A DNA stretch of 64,000 bases, taken from contig JBHGNT010000001.1 of NCBI GenBank assembly GCA_043228905.1, positions 17,236,001 to 17,300,000 on the forward strand, given 5' to 3'. Shown here one piece after another: positions 49,626 to 61,400 of this stretch. Numbering within the stretch: the first letter of the stretch is position 1; each line of letters begins with the position of its first letter. Both the position numbers and the translations under genes were made by a program. Source of the DNA: Azolla caroliniana (lineage: Eukaryota > Plantae > Polypodiophyta). The notes beneath the pieces are model-generated. The model did no database searches, was not told the DNA's origin, and was given only the letters and a program-made list of their open reading frames with translations.

Positions 49626-52600
49626 CCAACATGGAGATAATCTGGATGAAGGACTTCATCGGAGAGCTAGGAATCCAACAGGAGGAATACTAGCTCTACT
49701 GCGATAGTCAAAGTGCCATTCACCTTACAAATATGTCTTCTCTTCTGGTTCTCACCGGGTCCATCCGATCCGGTTTTCGGATCTCTTCCGGTTCTCACTG
49801 GGTCCTCTTCGTTCATAACCGGATCCCATCCGGAGGGACCATTTTCCCAACAATCTCCCCCTTCACTCCGGCAAGGGATGTCTCGTCAGCCCGATCCGAT
49901 TTCGGCACGCGTCCAACTTGTTGGTTGTCAACACCTTGGTCAACATATCCGACCCGTTCTCCTCCATGTGGATCTTCGTGAACACAAACTCTTGATCTTC
50001 TATTCTCTCCCAGATCCAGTCGTACCTCAGCTGGATATGTTTCATCTAGGAATGGTAAGCTACATTCTTTGCAAGGTGGATGGCACTTTGACTGGCGCAG
50101 TAGAGTCGATATTCCTCCTGTTGCATCCCTAGCTCTCCGATGAAGTCCTTCATCGAGATTATCTCCTTGCCGACTCCCACAACTGCCATGTACTCTGCCC
50201 GCCTCCGTGGTTGACAACGCAACCATCTTTTGTAGCCTCGATTGCCACGAAACAACTCCACCTGCATAAGTCATTACATATCCGGATGTCGACCGGCTGG
50301 CGTCCGCATTAGCCGACATATCCGAATCTGTGAATTTGTCAAGTTGGGGATTACCGGAGCCACATACTCGAGGTGCCTTTCAAATACCGGAGTATCCACT
50401 TGACCGCATTCTAGTGCTCTCTTCTGGGGTTGCTCATGAACCGGCTCACCACTCTGACTGCATATCCGATATGCGGCTGGGTACATACCATTGCGTACAT
50501 CAAGTTCCCAACAGGAGAGGCATATGGTATCTTCATCATATCCATCTTCTCCGCCTTTGTCCTCGGGCTTTGTTTTCCGGATAGCTTGTAGTTTGTTGGA
50601 AGTGTCGATCCGATCGGTTTCGTCTCCGACATGTTGAACCGTTGAAGAACCTTTGTCACGTACTTCTCCTGTCACAACCACAACAACTTCTTTGATCGGT
50701 CCCGGATGATGTGCATTCCCAATATCTATCTTGTCGGACCCATGTCTTTCATTGAGAAGGTCCGGTTCAGAGCCTTCTTCAGCATCCAAATCTTGCCTTG
50801 GTCTCGACCGACGATCAACATATCATCCACATATAGGAGGATTATCAGGAAATCTCCTCCGTCAAATTTCTTCACAAACACACACTGATCAGCTTGCGTT
50901 TTGTGGTACCCTTGGTTGGTCATTGTAAAAGAATACGTTGTGCGGAAGCATATGCGAAACATAGAGTACACAGTTCGGAAATAAGACAGTTCGGTAAACT
51001 CAGAAAACGCAGCGATGGAGATGGAGAGGGAGAGACAGAGAGTAAGAGAGCAAACAACATAAAAACTCAAATTCAAAATAATGACTCTCTATTCTATGTG
51101 TGTACTTCGTGCTCAGTGAGCACCTTATATACAAGCCCTGACAATCGGGTTGACACAAGTACTGACAGTACTTGAATGCTCATAAATGAGCTGACTACAC
51201 AAACTCCCAAAATTATTCCCTTACGAGGAATAACACTCTAACGGCCTCTTCGGTTTTCACATCGATGCGGCCTTGTTGTGCGTACTTTTTTTTACGCACC
51301 CAGTTTACGCATTGGGTTATGTTGCGTACTTCGCACTGAATGTTAAGCTTGTCTCTCAATACTCCCCCTCAAGCTCAACTTGAGGTTCCACTTGCTCCGC
51401 TGGATCTATGCGCCGGTTCCTTCTAGCTTCACACCTCGCTCACACTCCTCGACCCGTTTGATTCCATGCGCTTCCACCCTTGCGGTAAGCTTGTCAGCTT
51501 GTTCAGCCCTTCTTAGCGCCCTTGCTGTCGCGATGTCGGCGTGTCCTTTGCTGCCCTTTTCTCCGCATGGCCTTCCGTTGATTCGGTGTATCTTGAGGAG
51601 CGTCTTTGGAGGAGTTGACACAGATGGTGCGCGACCTCCAGATCGCATAGGCCCGGAGAGATAGCGGCGAACAACCTCGCGACCGGAGGCCGCTGGCTGG
51701 GCAACGGTGCATGTGGTGTGACACAATCGGTCACATTTGGAAGGATTGCGCAGATTTCGCCGACGCACTCAGGACCAACGTGGTGTACCTCTGGAACAGA
51801 AGGGTGCACGCGAGCAAGACCCGGAGAGCCCTAGAACTGAATACGGGGCGTGGCGGAATGAAGAGGTTGATGGAAGAGGCTGCGGCACGGCATGTAGAAG
51901 CCGTTAACTACTCAGTGTCGGCGGGAATTCGGGTCGGGGGTGATGAGACCCGGAAGGCGAAGGACTCCGGATTCTAGCCGCTAGTGCTAGAAGGCCTCTC
52001 CGGAGTTCGGTTGAAGAAGGAAGAGGCGAACTGTGCGGAACAGCGGGTCCAGGAGGTCATTGGATGGGACGATCCGGTTGAAGAGAAAACAGGCTTCGTT
52101 GAAGCCGCTTGCCAGAACTACGAGGTTCTGGTGGAAGACAAACAGGCAAGGAAGGCCGGAGGGGTCGGTCCCCCGCAGAGATACGAGACCCGGTTCGGAC
52201 CGAAACCGACCGATGCCAGCAACCCAGGCGCGCGGGATGGGAAGAAGCAAGCGGGGTTTCGGTTGAGCACCGAAATCGAGAGAGCAAAGGACCTACGGAA
52301 GGTCCTTGAAGAGCGGATCGTCGATAGTAAAGTGGAGCTGTCGTTGCAGGAGGTGCTGGGAATCGCCAAGAGGGAGTTCCACGACTCCATCGTAGACTTG
52401 GTGAAGCGGAAGAGGCTCTCGACGGAGCCGGAACCGGAGAAACCGATGGAGGTGCGGACTACGCACTTAGAAGACATGGCCCTAGAAGACGAGTTGGCGG
52501 AAAGCCACTACGCGGAGCCGCATTGGGCCAGGGCAACTACGGAAACCCCTGTGCGGATCGGTGACGTTACGGGACCGGTAGTGGCCTTGGTAGACCATGG

Positions 52601-54116
52601 ATCCGAAATCAACCTGATGTCCATGGATTTCTACAAGAAGGGTAATGGCTGATCAACACCAAGCATGGGTGGAAGATACGCGCGGCGATGCGTGCTACGG
52701 AGGAGCTGCATGGTGCGTGCCTGAATGTACGCGTAAAGATCGGTGACGTCGAGATAGATCAACATTTCTTCGTGCAGGAAACATCCTCGCACCCGGTGAT
52801 TCTCGGCGAACCGTACATTATGGCAGCACGCATTGAGATGAAGGTGATGGACAACGGTTCGGCGTACGCGTGTATCAAGAGCCAAGACGGTCGGCATTTC
52901 GTCCAGTTCATGACCGTACGTCTGAACCATGAGAGGAATTGCGAGACCCTCGGCGGCGACAGCCGAGGGGATTTTTAGAGAGGGCTATCAAGGCGTGGGG
53001 CTGCGGTAGTCCGGACGTACCGGAAGAACCACACACATGTACAGTAGGTAGGAAGTTTTGGTTCTCTGAAAACGGAGGTTGTACTATAGCCGGCGTCAGC
53101 AGCCGTGAGAGGAAGCGAGCGGAGGAGCGGCTCAGGGAATGTAGAGTCCTCTCCCCCGACGAAGAAATCAGTGGCGCCGTGGAGGCGGTCTCTTTTGACG
53201 ACACCTTGGGCGAGTTGTGAAAGGTGATCGGTGAAGACCTTAGAGAAGACCGGACCGTTCCGGTTGGTTCGATGGGAATGTACGAAGTCATCGCGGACTT
53301 TGGGGAAAGGATCGGGTCGGATCGGACGGCCTGCGTGGATACAAAGTACAAGACTGTGGACCGGAAGGTGAGGCCAGTCATGACACCCTTGCCGGAGGGC
53401 AGCGAGGAGCGGATAAAAGGGGTCGCGTCGGACCCAAATTTACAGAATCATTCTGGCATAGGGCACCGGTTCACCGACATAACGCTACGGGAGCTCAAGG
53501 TCGGTGGGGGTGGCTTTCTATTGCCGGCGGAGGAGGACAGGTTTCGGAGAATGCTCGAAAGGCATGGGAAATCTTCGCGTTCTCGCCAGAGGAGATCGGG
53601 TGCGTGGACCCGACGATCGTCAAACCGATGGTGATCTTCACGGTACCGCATGTACCGTGGAATCTCAAACCGATTCCGGTGTCGAGAGCTCACATCCCGA
53701 AGTTGATGGAGCTTCTGAAGCAACAGGTGGAGATGGGCATCCTTGAACCGTCGAGTGCCCCATATTCGAATCGGTGGTTTACAGTGCCGAAGAAGAACAG
53801 CACGCTACGCTTCATTCAGGACCTGCAACTGGTCAACAGGGTGACCATCTGTAATGCAGGAATCGGACTGACCATAGACGAGTTCACGGAGGCCTTCGCT
53901 GGAAGGTCGATCTATTCGTCGGTGAATTATACTCGGGGTACGACCAGTTCCAGCTAGCCATGGAGAGCAGGGATATCACGACAATGCGAACTCCTCTCGG
54001 CCTAGTACAGATGTGTACCCTACCGCAAGGCGGGACGAATTCGGAGTTGCATATGGTGAACACAATGAACAAGGTGTTGAGGGATTGCATCCCGGACATC
54101 ACCATGCCATTCTTGG

Positions 54117-55402
54117 TGTTAGGAAACAGGTCCCTCCGGATGGTGAATACCCGGTGAGAACCGGATGAAGAGTACCTGGCTACGGAGAGCCGGATGGTGT
54201 AGACCCGGTGAGAACCGGATGAAGAGTACCCGGCTACGGAGAGCCGGATGGTGCAAACCCGGTGAGAACTGGATGACGAGTACCCGGCTACGGAGAGCCG
54301 GATGGTGTAGACCCGGTGAGAACTGGATGACGAGTACCCGGCAAGCGCCGGATGATGCAGGCCCGGTGAGGAGTGCTCACCGGATGAAGAGACATATTTG
54401 TAAATATGTTTCTGAGAGTCCATCGTGGCTATATTTGTAAATAGCCGAAAAGTCTTATTAGTATAAATATGACTTAGGGCAAACTTTAGATAAGCGTCGT
54501 TGTCATTCTTGTTGGTGCATGATTAGAGCGCAATAGTGTACAGAGAGAGAGAGAGAGAGAGAGAGAAAGAAATGAAGAGGTCGTTGCCCCTGTTGTAATC
54601 GCCGCCTGTGGCGAAGATCGTGAGCAGGAGGTCATTGCCTCCATGAGGTCACTGTTGTAATCTTTGTGATATAGTGATAGTTCGCAGTTTGTGGGCTGTC
54701 GTGGTTTTTCCCTAGTTTGGGTTTTCCACGTAAACATCCTGTGTTGTCTTCTCTGGTTTGTGTCGTGCTTTCATTTCCGTTTTCTATGTATTATTCTAGG
54801 CTCGGTTGTGGCCGAGCGTTGTGCAAAGGGAGCGTGTAGTTTCCTGTCAAATTGGTATCATAGCAAAATGACACAGACAATGGACGATTCATTGGGAGGC
54901 ATGTTCAAGCTCACCGGCTCTAACTATTCGGTGTGGAAGTCGAAGATGAGGGACATGCTCGTTGTTAAAGATCTTTGGTTGCCGGTTCAGTTTGGGGACA
55001 AGAGACCGGACAAAATTGACGCCACGATATGGGAGGTGATGCACATGAAGACAACGGCTTACATACGGTGCTTCATCGACAGGAGCCTATACAACAACTT
55101 CAATGAAGAGAGCAAGGCTCATGAGCTCTGGGAGAAGATCGACATTATGTTTCAAAACAAAAATGCTGTTAATCAGGTTTCGGTATTCCGGAAGTTAGTA
55201 AGACTCCGGTACCAAGATGGCTCCAGCATGGCGGAGCACATGAATGCCTTCCAGGGGCTGATTCACCAGGCAATAGCATTGGAAGTACCTCTCGCCGATG
55301 AGGTACTAGCGCTACTCCTGCTCGGTTCCCTCCCGGATAGCTGGGAGACGTTGGTTGTCACTTTGGGCAACGCCGGGCCGGAAGGGAAATGGTTATCCCT
55401 AT
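54117..55402 (+). mobile_element. Element N: A-family Copia 5' fragment (LTR, PBS, gag) inside M
   Basis: LTR 54117-54849, PBS TGGTATCATAGC 54853-54864, gag MDDSLGGMFKLTGSNYSVWK. Confidence 0.88.
54136..54341 (+). repeat. 54-bp tandem repeat (~3.5 copies) in U3 of the N LTR
   Basis: ACCCGGTGAGAA recurs at 54149, 54203, 54257 and 54311. Confidence 0.95.
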
Positions 55403-58400
55403 AGGTGATGATGCCGGACGTAGCGTGGATGAGAGAAGAGGCGAGCCGGGTACTAAAGAAGGCGTACCGATTCTTCTTACGGGACCAGTGCATATGGAGG
55501 CACCCAAAGAAAAGAAACGGCATCCCACTCCGAGTAGTGGTAAAGAAAGAAGAACAGGAGGAATTACTAGCGGCATTTCACGAGAGTCCCTAGGCCGGGC
55601 ACCGTGAAACGTGGACCACATTCGAGAAGCTAAAGGAGAAGTACTTGTGGTTGGGGCTGTACCGGGACGTGCATCGGTTCGAACGACTTGCGAAAGCTGT
55701 CCGATGCACCTACTAGTCCGACATCGGGACGAGCTACACCCGACCTACCTGCCTACGGTCCATTTCAAGTGGATGGTAGAGTTGGTGACGATGCCGATGG
55801 GAGTAGGACAAATGTGATACCTGGTGCTTGCGCGGGAAGACTTAATGAACCAGGTGGAAGGCCATGCACTACAGAACAAGACAACCGCGGCGGTATGCCG
55901 GTTCCTGATCGAAGAGGTAGTGTGTCGGTATAGGTGCGTCGGGAGGATCGTGGCGGATCGGGGAGAGCTGGATGCGCAAGAAGCTGAGGAGCTATTCGAT
56001 CGACTAGGGGTCAAACTCTCCCTCATTACGGCGTACAATTCGGAGGCGAATGGGAAGGTAGAATGTGGGCACGGGCCGATCGTAAAGGCGTTGGTGCATG
56101 CATGCGGAGGGCAGGTCGGGAATTGGCCGCGGCTCCTTCCTTACGCACTATGGGTGGACTGAACTACGCATAGTTCGGTGACAGGGTTTATGCTGGCAAA
56201 GCTGATGTATGGACAGAAGCCGATCATGGCGGTGGAACGGACAGTTTCTTCGTGGGCGGCGGTAGATTGGAAGGACGAGATGAGCCGGGAGGAGTTGCTG
56301 GCAGCGCAGATTCGGCAACTCGAGCACAGGCCGAAGGACATGAAACGGGCGAAGGAAAAGCTGCGGGCGAACAAGACCTGGTTCAACTGGACGCACCGGT
56401 TGCACCCAAAGAAGGTAGAGGAAGGCGATTGGGTCTTGGTATACAATAGCAGCCTTGACAATCAGCACAAGGCGGTGCGAAAGTTTGCTAGGAGATGGTT
56501 CGGGCCCTACACGGTGACGAGCACGAACGACAATGGCACGTACCACCACGCGGAACTCTACAGGACACGGTTAGCGGTACCGGTGGCCGGGAAGTGGATC
56601 AAAGCGTTCAAGAAGCGGTTTGAAGATGAGCCGGAGCCGACGAGCAAGAGCGAAGACGACGATCGGTTCGGGCCCGGCGAAGAATCGGAGACTGACGAGT
56701 GAAGCCGGTTTTCTTCAGTATCTACCCGTCTCTGGCGCATGCCGGTGGATGCGCGGTTTGGTGGGGGTGGATGTCGTGAAGAAAACCGGCCATAGGCGGA
56801 ATCGGAGAAAAAGGCGCATGAACCGGCTCTTACATAGGCGGACACGAGAATTGATATTTTGGACATAATTCATAATTAGGTTGGCTGATGTAAATACTAG
56901 GTAGTACACATTTATTAGGGGATTTGTGCGTATCTTTGTCGAAAGGGACAGGGAATAAAGCGGTTTGACTAGGGAAGAAGAGTCTCCCCTTGGCGAACTA
57001 TTTAAGGAGGGAGAGAAGGAAGAAAAGGGATTGCGCGTTGGCAAGGACGAAGTGTTGCTGCAGAACCGAGGGCCGAGCTCTCTCTCCTCAGATTGTCGTT
57101 CTCTGTGGCTGTCGGGAGTTCGCTGCCTCTACTTCGTGGACAACCCATGTGCTTCCAGGAGAGGCTCCCCCCCCCCCCCCCCCCCCCCCTTTTTTTTTGT
57201 TTCTTGTTTCTTCGAGTCGAGTGGCTGTTGTCTGTGTGCGTGAGTTGGACCCCGTGTCAGGTCCATTACCGGTTTGCCAGTTGTAACCGTTCGAGTTGTA
57301 AGCTACTGATTATAGTAATCGGATTCCTATTTCTTGCTCTTATTTCTATCTGTGTATCTGCAACTCTCTCTCTCTTTCTCACTCTCTCCTTGGTCCAAGA
57401 CCCCCGTGGTCCCGCCTCTTCCTACACGCGAACGCGAAACTTCGCGACAACGTTTTTCGCCGCTTCTGCGTAGCTCTCTGGCTCCCACACTTCCGCCACT
57501 CGCATCATGTATGCATAGTGGTGTGCCATATACTCATTATACCCATATCTCTTTACGGGGTTCTTCAGGCGGGTTGATCGGTGTAATTCGTGATTACCCG
57601 ATTTCACGACCTTCTCGGCTATAGTCGACCTCTTCCATGGAGGTTCTTTTTTTGTTTGCCCGTAGTCAGACTCACTCCAATCTGACTCAACGTTGCCGAA
57701 GTCGTATTCCAGCATTTTCTTCTTGCCTTTTTCCTTGCGCGTAAGCCGTCTCCTCGACTTCCTACGCGGGGAATGCACGGCTGAGTCTCCACTACTCGCC
57801 GTCTCATCATTTGGTTGGCCATCTCGTCCCAACCCCTCATTTGGCCTGCTTAGCCAAAATAAGATCGGACTCTCTCTTAGAGCTCCGACGTCCTCATCAT
57901 GCGGAGGTATTTCAGCCTCGCTAATTTCTTCTTCAGAAATCGGAATGGAGTCATGAGGTTCTAGAGGAGAAGGCAAGTACCATGAAGAGGACTCGTCAAA
58001 TGCGACATCGTGGCTTACGTGTACTTCCTTTGTTTGGGGGTTATAGCACTTATACCCCTTTTGCTCATCTAGATAGCCGACCAACATACATTTCTCGGCT
58101 TTAGCATCCAGTTTCCTCCTTTTCTCTTTCGGCACGTGTACATACGCTATGCTGCCGAAAATCCTCAAGTGTGCCAAATTCAGTTTCTTTCTGAAATATA
58201 GCTCATGTAGAGACACTCCTCCATTAGCAGAAGTCCGATTCTGCAAGTAGATAGCCGTCTTCATGGCTTCGGCCTAGTAGAATTTCCGCATGTGCTTCTC
58301 TTCAAGCATTGCCCTGGCCGCTTCTTCAATCATCTGATTCTTCCGCTCGGCTACGCCGTTCTGCTCCGGCGTATATCTACACGAGAATTCGCGTCAAATT

Positions 58401-61400
58401 ACCTCCTGTAGATAACTTGTGAACTGGTCGGAGAAGTACTCCTTCCCTTCATCGGACCGTAGGCATTTGATCTTACGCCCTATTTCCCTTTCCGCAAGGC
58501 TCTTAACCTTCAGGAAACATGCGAAGACTTCGCTCTTCTTCGCTATCGTGCATACCCACATGTGCCGAGTGAAATCGTCGATGAAGGTTACAAAGTAACG
58601 GCTTCCACCGAGACTCACATTTTGTGCTAGACCCCACACATCCAAATGGATCAAATCCCGTGGACTTCGACTAAAATTACGCTCATTCGGGAATGGAAGT
58701 TGGTGTTGTTTTCCCATCTGACAGGTTTCGCAGACTTGGCCACTCCGGCCACGAAATTTCGGCAACCCGAAAACAATGTTCTTCATCTGCATTTCACGAA
58801 GCTGTGGGAAATTTATGTGGCCGAACCGCGTGTGCCATAGGTCGATATCTGATTCGACCTTTTGTCCTTTCGCATACAATGCGGTTCCGGCTTGATTAGT
58901 GTTGAGGATAAACATTCTCCCTTCATGGCGCCCTTGCGCGATTACTTTGCTTTCCTCTTTTATGAAGCAGCTGAGATGTGTGAATCGAACCTACATTCCC
59001 TAGTTGACGATTTGACCGATCGACACTAGGTTCTTTGTTATTGTCGGGACGTGCATCACGTTCATGAGTTTCCCTTTCTGCCCGACATGGTTGAGAGGAA
59101 CTTCGCCAACATGTTCGATGGTATGCGGAGTGTCGTCTCTGGTTTCGATGTCTCCTTGTGATTCCGGTTTCTCCAGGTACGAGAACCATTCCTCGTGACT
59201 CGTCATATGATTTGACGCTCCAGAATCAACATACCACACCTCGCTTGATTTCGAGGTGTTCACAGCCATAGAATTGGGCTTATGCTTCATTACGAAGGCT
59301 GGGCCCGATTTGTTTCCGGCTTGTTGAGAGCCTTCTGCGTAGTGCGATCTCTGACGCCTCTCTGCGTCTCTTCAACTCGATCCGGCTTTGTCCGAATCGG
59401 CTCGCTTTTTCTAGCACTCGCTCTCCTTGTGGCCTTTCTTGCCAGAGTACCAGCAATCTGAAGCGGTCTTCTCTTGCCATCTTTCGGTGCCGCCATGACT
59501 CCCCTTGCTTGCGGAGGGTTCGGAGTTGCTTCTGGCATCCCTATTATGCCGTACATTCTGCTCTTTTCGGCCGCCTCCATTGCGTGTCAATCCGCCTCGT
59601 CCACCACGACCACGGGGCCTATCATCCTCCATGTAAAGCATCTTGCCATGCGCACTCGTCGATGCACCAACGTGGTTTTCTTCTACGAGCAACATTGACT
59701 AAAGCTCGAAAAACGAAGGCGTAATCTCCCTTGAGCAGACTGCCATTCGGAAAGTTATGAACGTTGACGCCAAGCCACCAAGACAAACCTGCATCATTTC
59801 GTCCTCCTCGACGTTCATGTTGACAGAGGCGCAAATTTCTTTGATCTTGGTGGTGTAGTCAGCCACTGACATATCTCGTTGTCGTACACTGCTCAACTCT
59901 TGCCTGAGTTGAAGCTTGCTGGCGACGAAAATCCTTCTGAGATTCGCCCACGCGTCCTTCTACATCTTGGCATCTCGAATATAACTTAAAAGTTGATCAC
60001 TCACACAGGACGCAAAGCAGTACAACACTCTGCTTGCTGCTTGTTCCCAAGCCAGATAGTCCTTGTCTGTCGAGTTGGGTGCCACATCGTTTGCTCCTTC
60101 GACATAACTCTAGTAGCCATGGCCGAGCAGGTACTAGTGCATCTTGTAAGACAAAGATGTGTAGTTGCTACTGTCAAGCTTTTCAGTCGAAAGTGAGCTT
60201 CCCATTCCTCTGTCCATAGTAAAGTCTTTTCTTCTCCGAAAGAGAACAACTTCAACTCTGTTTCATCACAAACTTTTCTTATTGACTGTAGAGGACTTCA
60301 ACCCTCGCGCTCTGATACCATGTAAAAGAATACGTTGTGTGGAAGTGTATGCAAAACACAGAGTATGCAGTTCGGAAATAACATAGTTCCGTAAACTCAG
60401 AAAACGTAGAGATGGAGATGGAGAGGGAGAGACAGAGAGTGAGAGAGCAGACAACGTAAAAACTCAAATTAAAAATAATGACTCTCTATTCTGTGTGTGT
60501 ACTTCGTGCTTAGTGAGCACCTTATATACAAGCCCTGACAATCGGGCTGACACAAGTATTGACAGTACTTGAATACTCATAAATGAGCCGACTACACAAA
60601 CTCCCAAAATTATTCCCTTACGAGGAATAACGCTCTAACGGCCTCTTCGGTTTTCACACCGTTGCGGCCTTGTTGTGCGTACTTTTTTTTACGCACCCAG
60701 TCTATGCACTAGGTTACGCTGCGTACTTCACACCGAATGTTGAGCTTGTCTCTCAACAATCATGAAGGAGTCGAACTTCCGGTACCATTGCTAGGAAGCT
60801 TGTTTCAGTTTGTATAGGCTCTTCTTCAGCCGGCACACCAAGTGCTCATTCTCTTTCTTCTCAAATCCTTTTGGTTGATGCGTGTAGATTTCTTCTTTGA
60901 GTTCGCCATATAGGAATGCCGTCTTGATATCCAGTTGCTCTACCTCGAGGTCCATGCCTGCCGCTATGCCCAAACCATCCGGATGGATGTCATCATTACT
61001 ACTAGGGCAAAGATTTCATCGAAGTCCCTTCCTTTCTTCTACTGGAAGCCCTTCACCACGATTCGGGCCTTATACCTTGGTTGATTTCTGGCATCTCCCG
61101 GTTTTAGCTTGTACACCCACTTGGTCCAAAGTGCTCTCTTCCCTTTCGGTAACTCCATCAGTTCATACGTGCGGTTCTCATGCAAGGAGTCCATCTCATC
61201 CTGCATTGCACTCAACCACTTGCGGTTGTGGGTGTCTCTCTTTGCTTCTTTGAAGCTTTCCGGCCCCTCCTCATTGGTTAGCAACACATGCTCTGCATCC
61301 AGAATTCTCCGGGGGGCTCTTCTCTCTCGGAGAGGATATCTCCGTCCTTGGTTTCTGACTACCGGTTCCTCCATTTGTTCCTCATCTGAATCCGATTTGG

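Larger units (their letters stand above)
51603..57449 (+). mobile_element. Element M: Phygy-like Gypsy, 5'-truncated and internally deleted, inside J
   Basis: gag end, DUF4100-like, LVDHGSEIN, RT to 54116, integrase 55403-56702, PPT-like GGTGGGGGTGGA, 3' LTR 56772-57449, ACGT on the right flank. Confidence 0.88.
50924..60758 (-). mobile_element. Element J: Copia inserted in the RT of K; its own RT/RNase H is deleted
   Basis: 438-bp LTRs 50924-51361 and 60321-60758; PBS TGGTATCAGAGC 60309-60320; PPT 51362-51373; TSD GTCAT/ATCAT; gag, WYVDSGASNHM protease and integrase at 57450-60217. Confidence 0.9.

Noticed and set aside
54136-54341. Regularly spaced repeats that could suggest a CRISPR array
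   Set aside because: Contiguous tandem units without unique spacers, inside a Copia LTR in eukaryotic DNA, and no cas genes.
36315-57449. G and M LTRs as the two ends of one inverted element
   Set aside because: Same family but visibly diverged, with different flanks (CCGG vs ACGT); treated as separate insertions.
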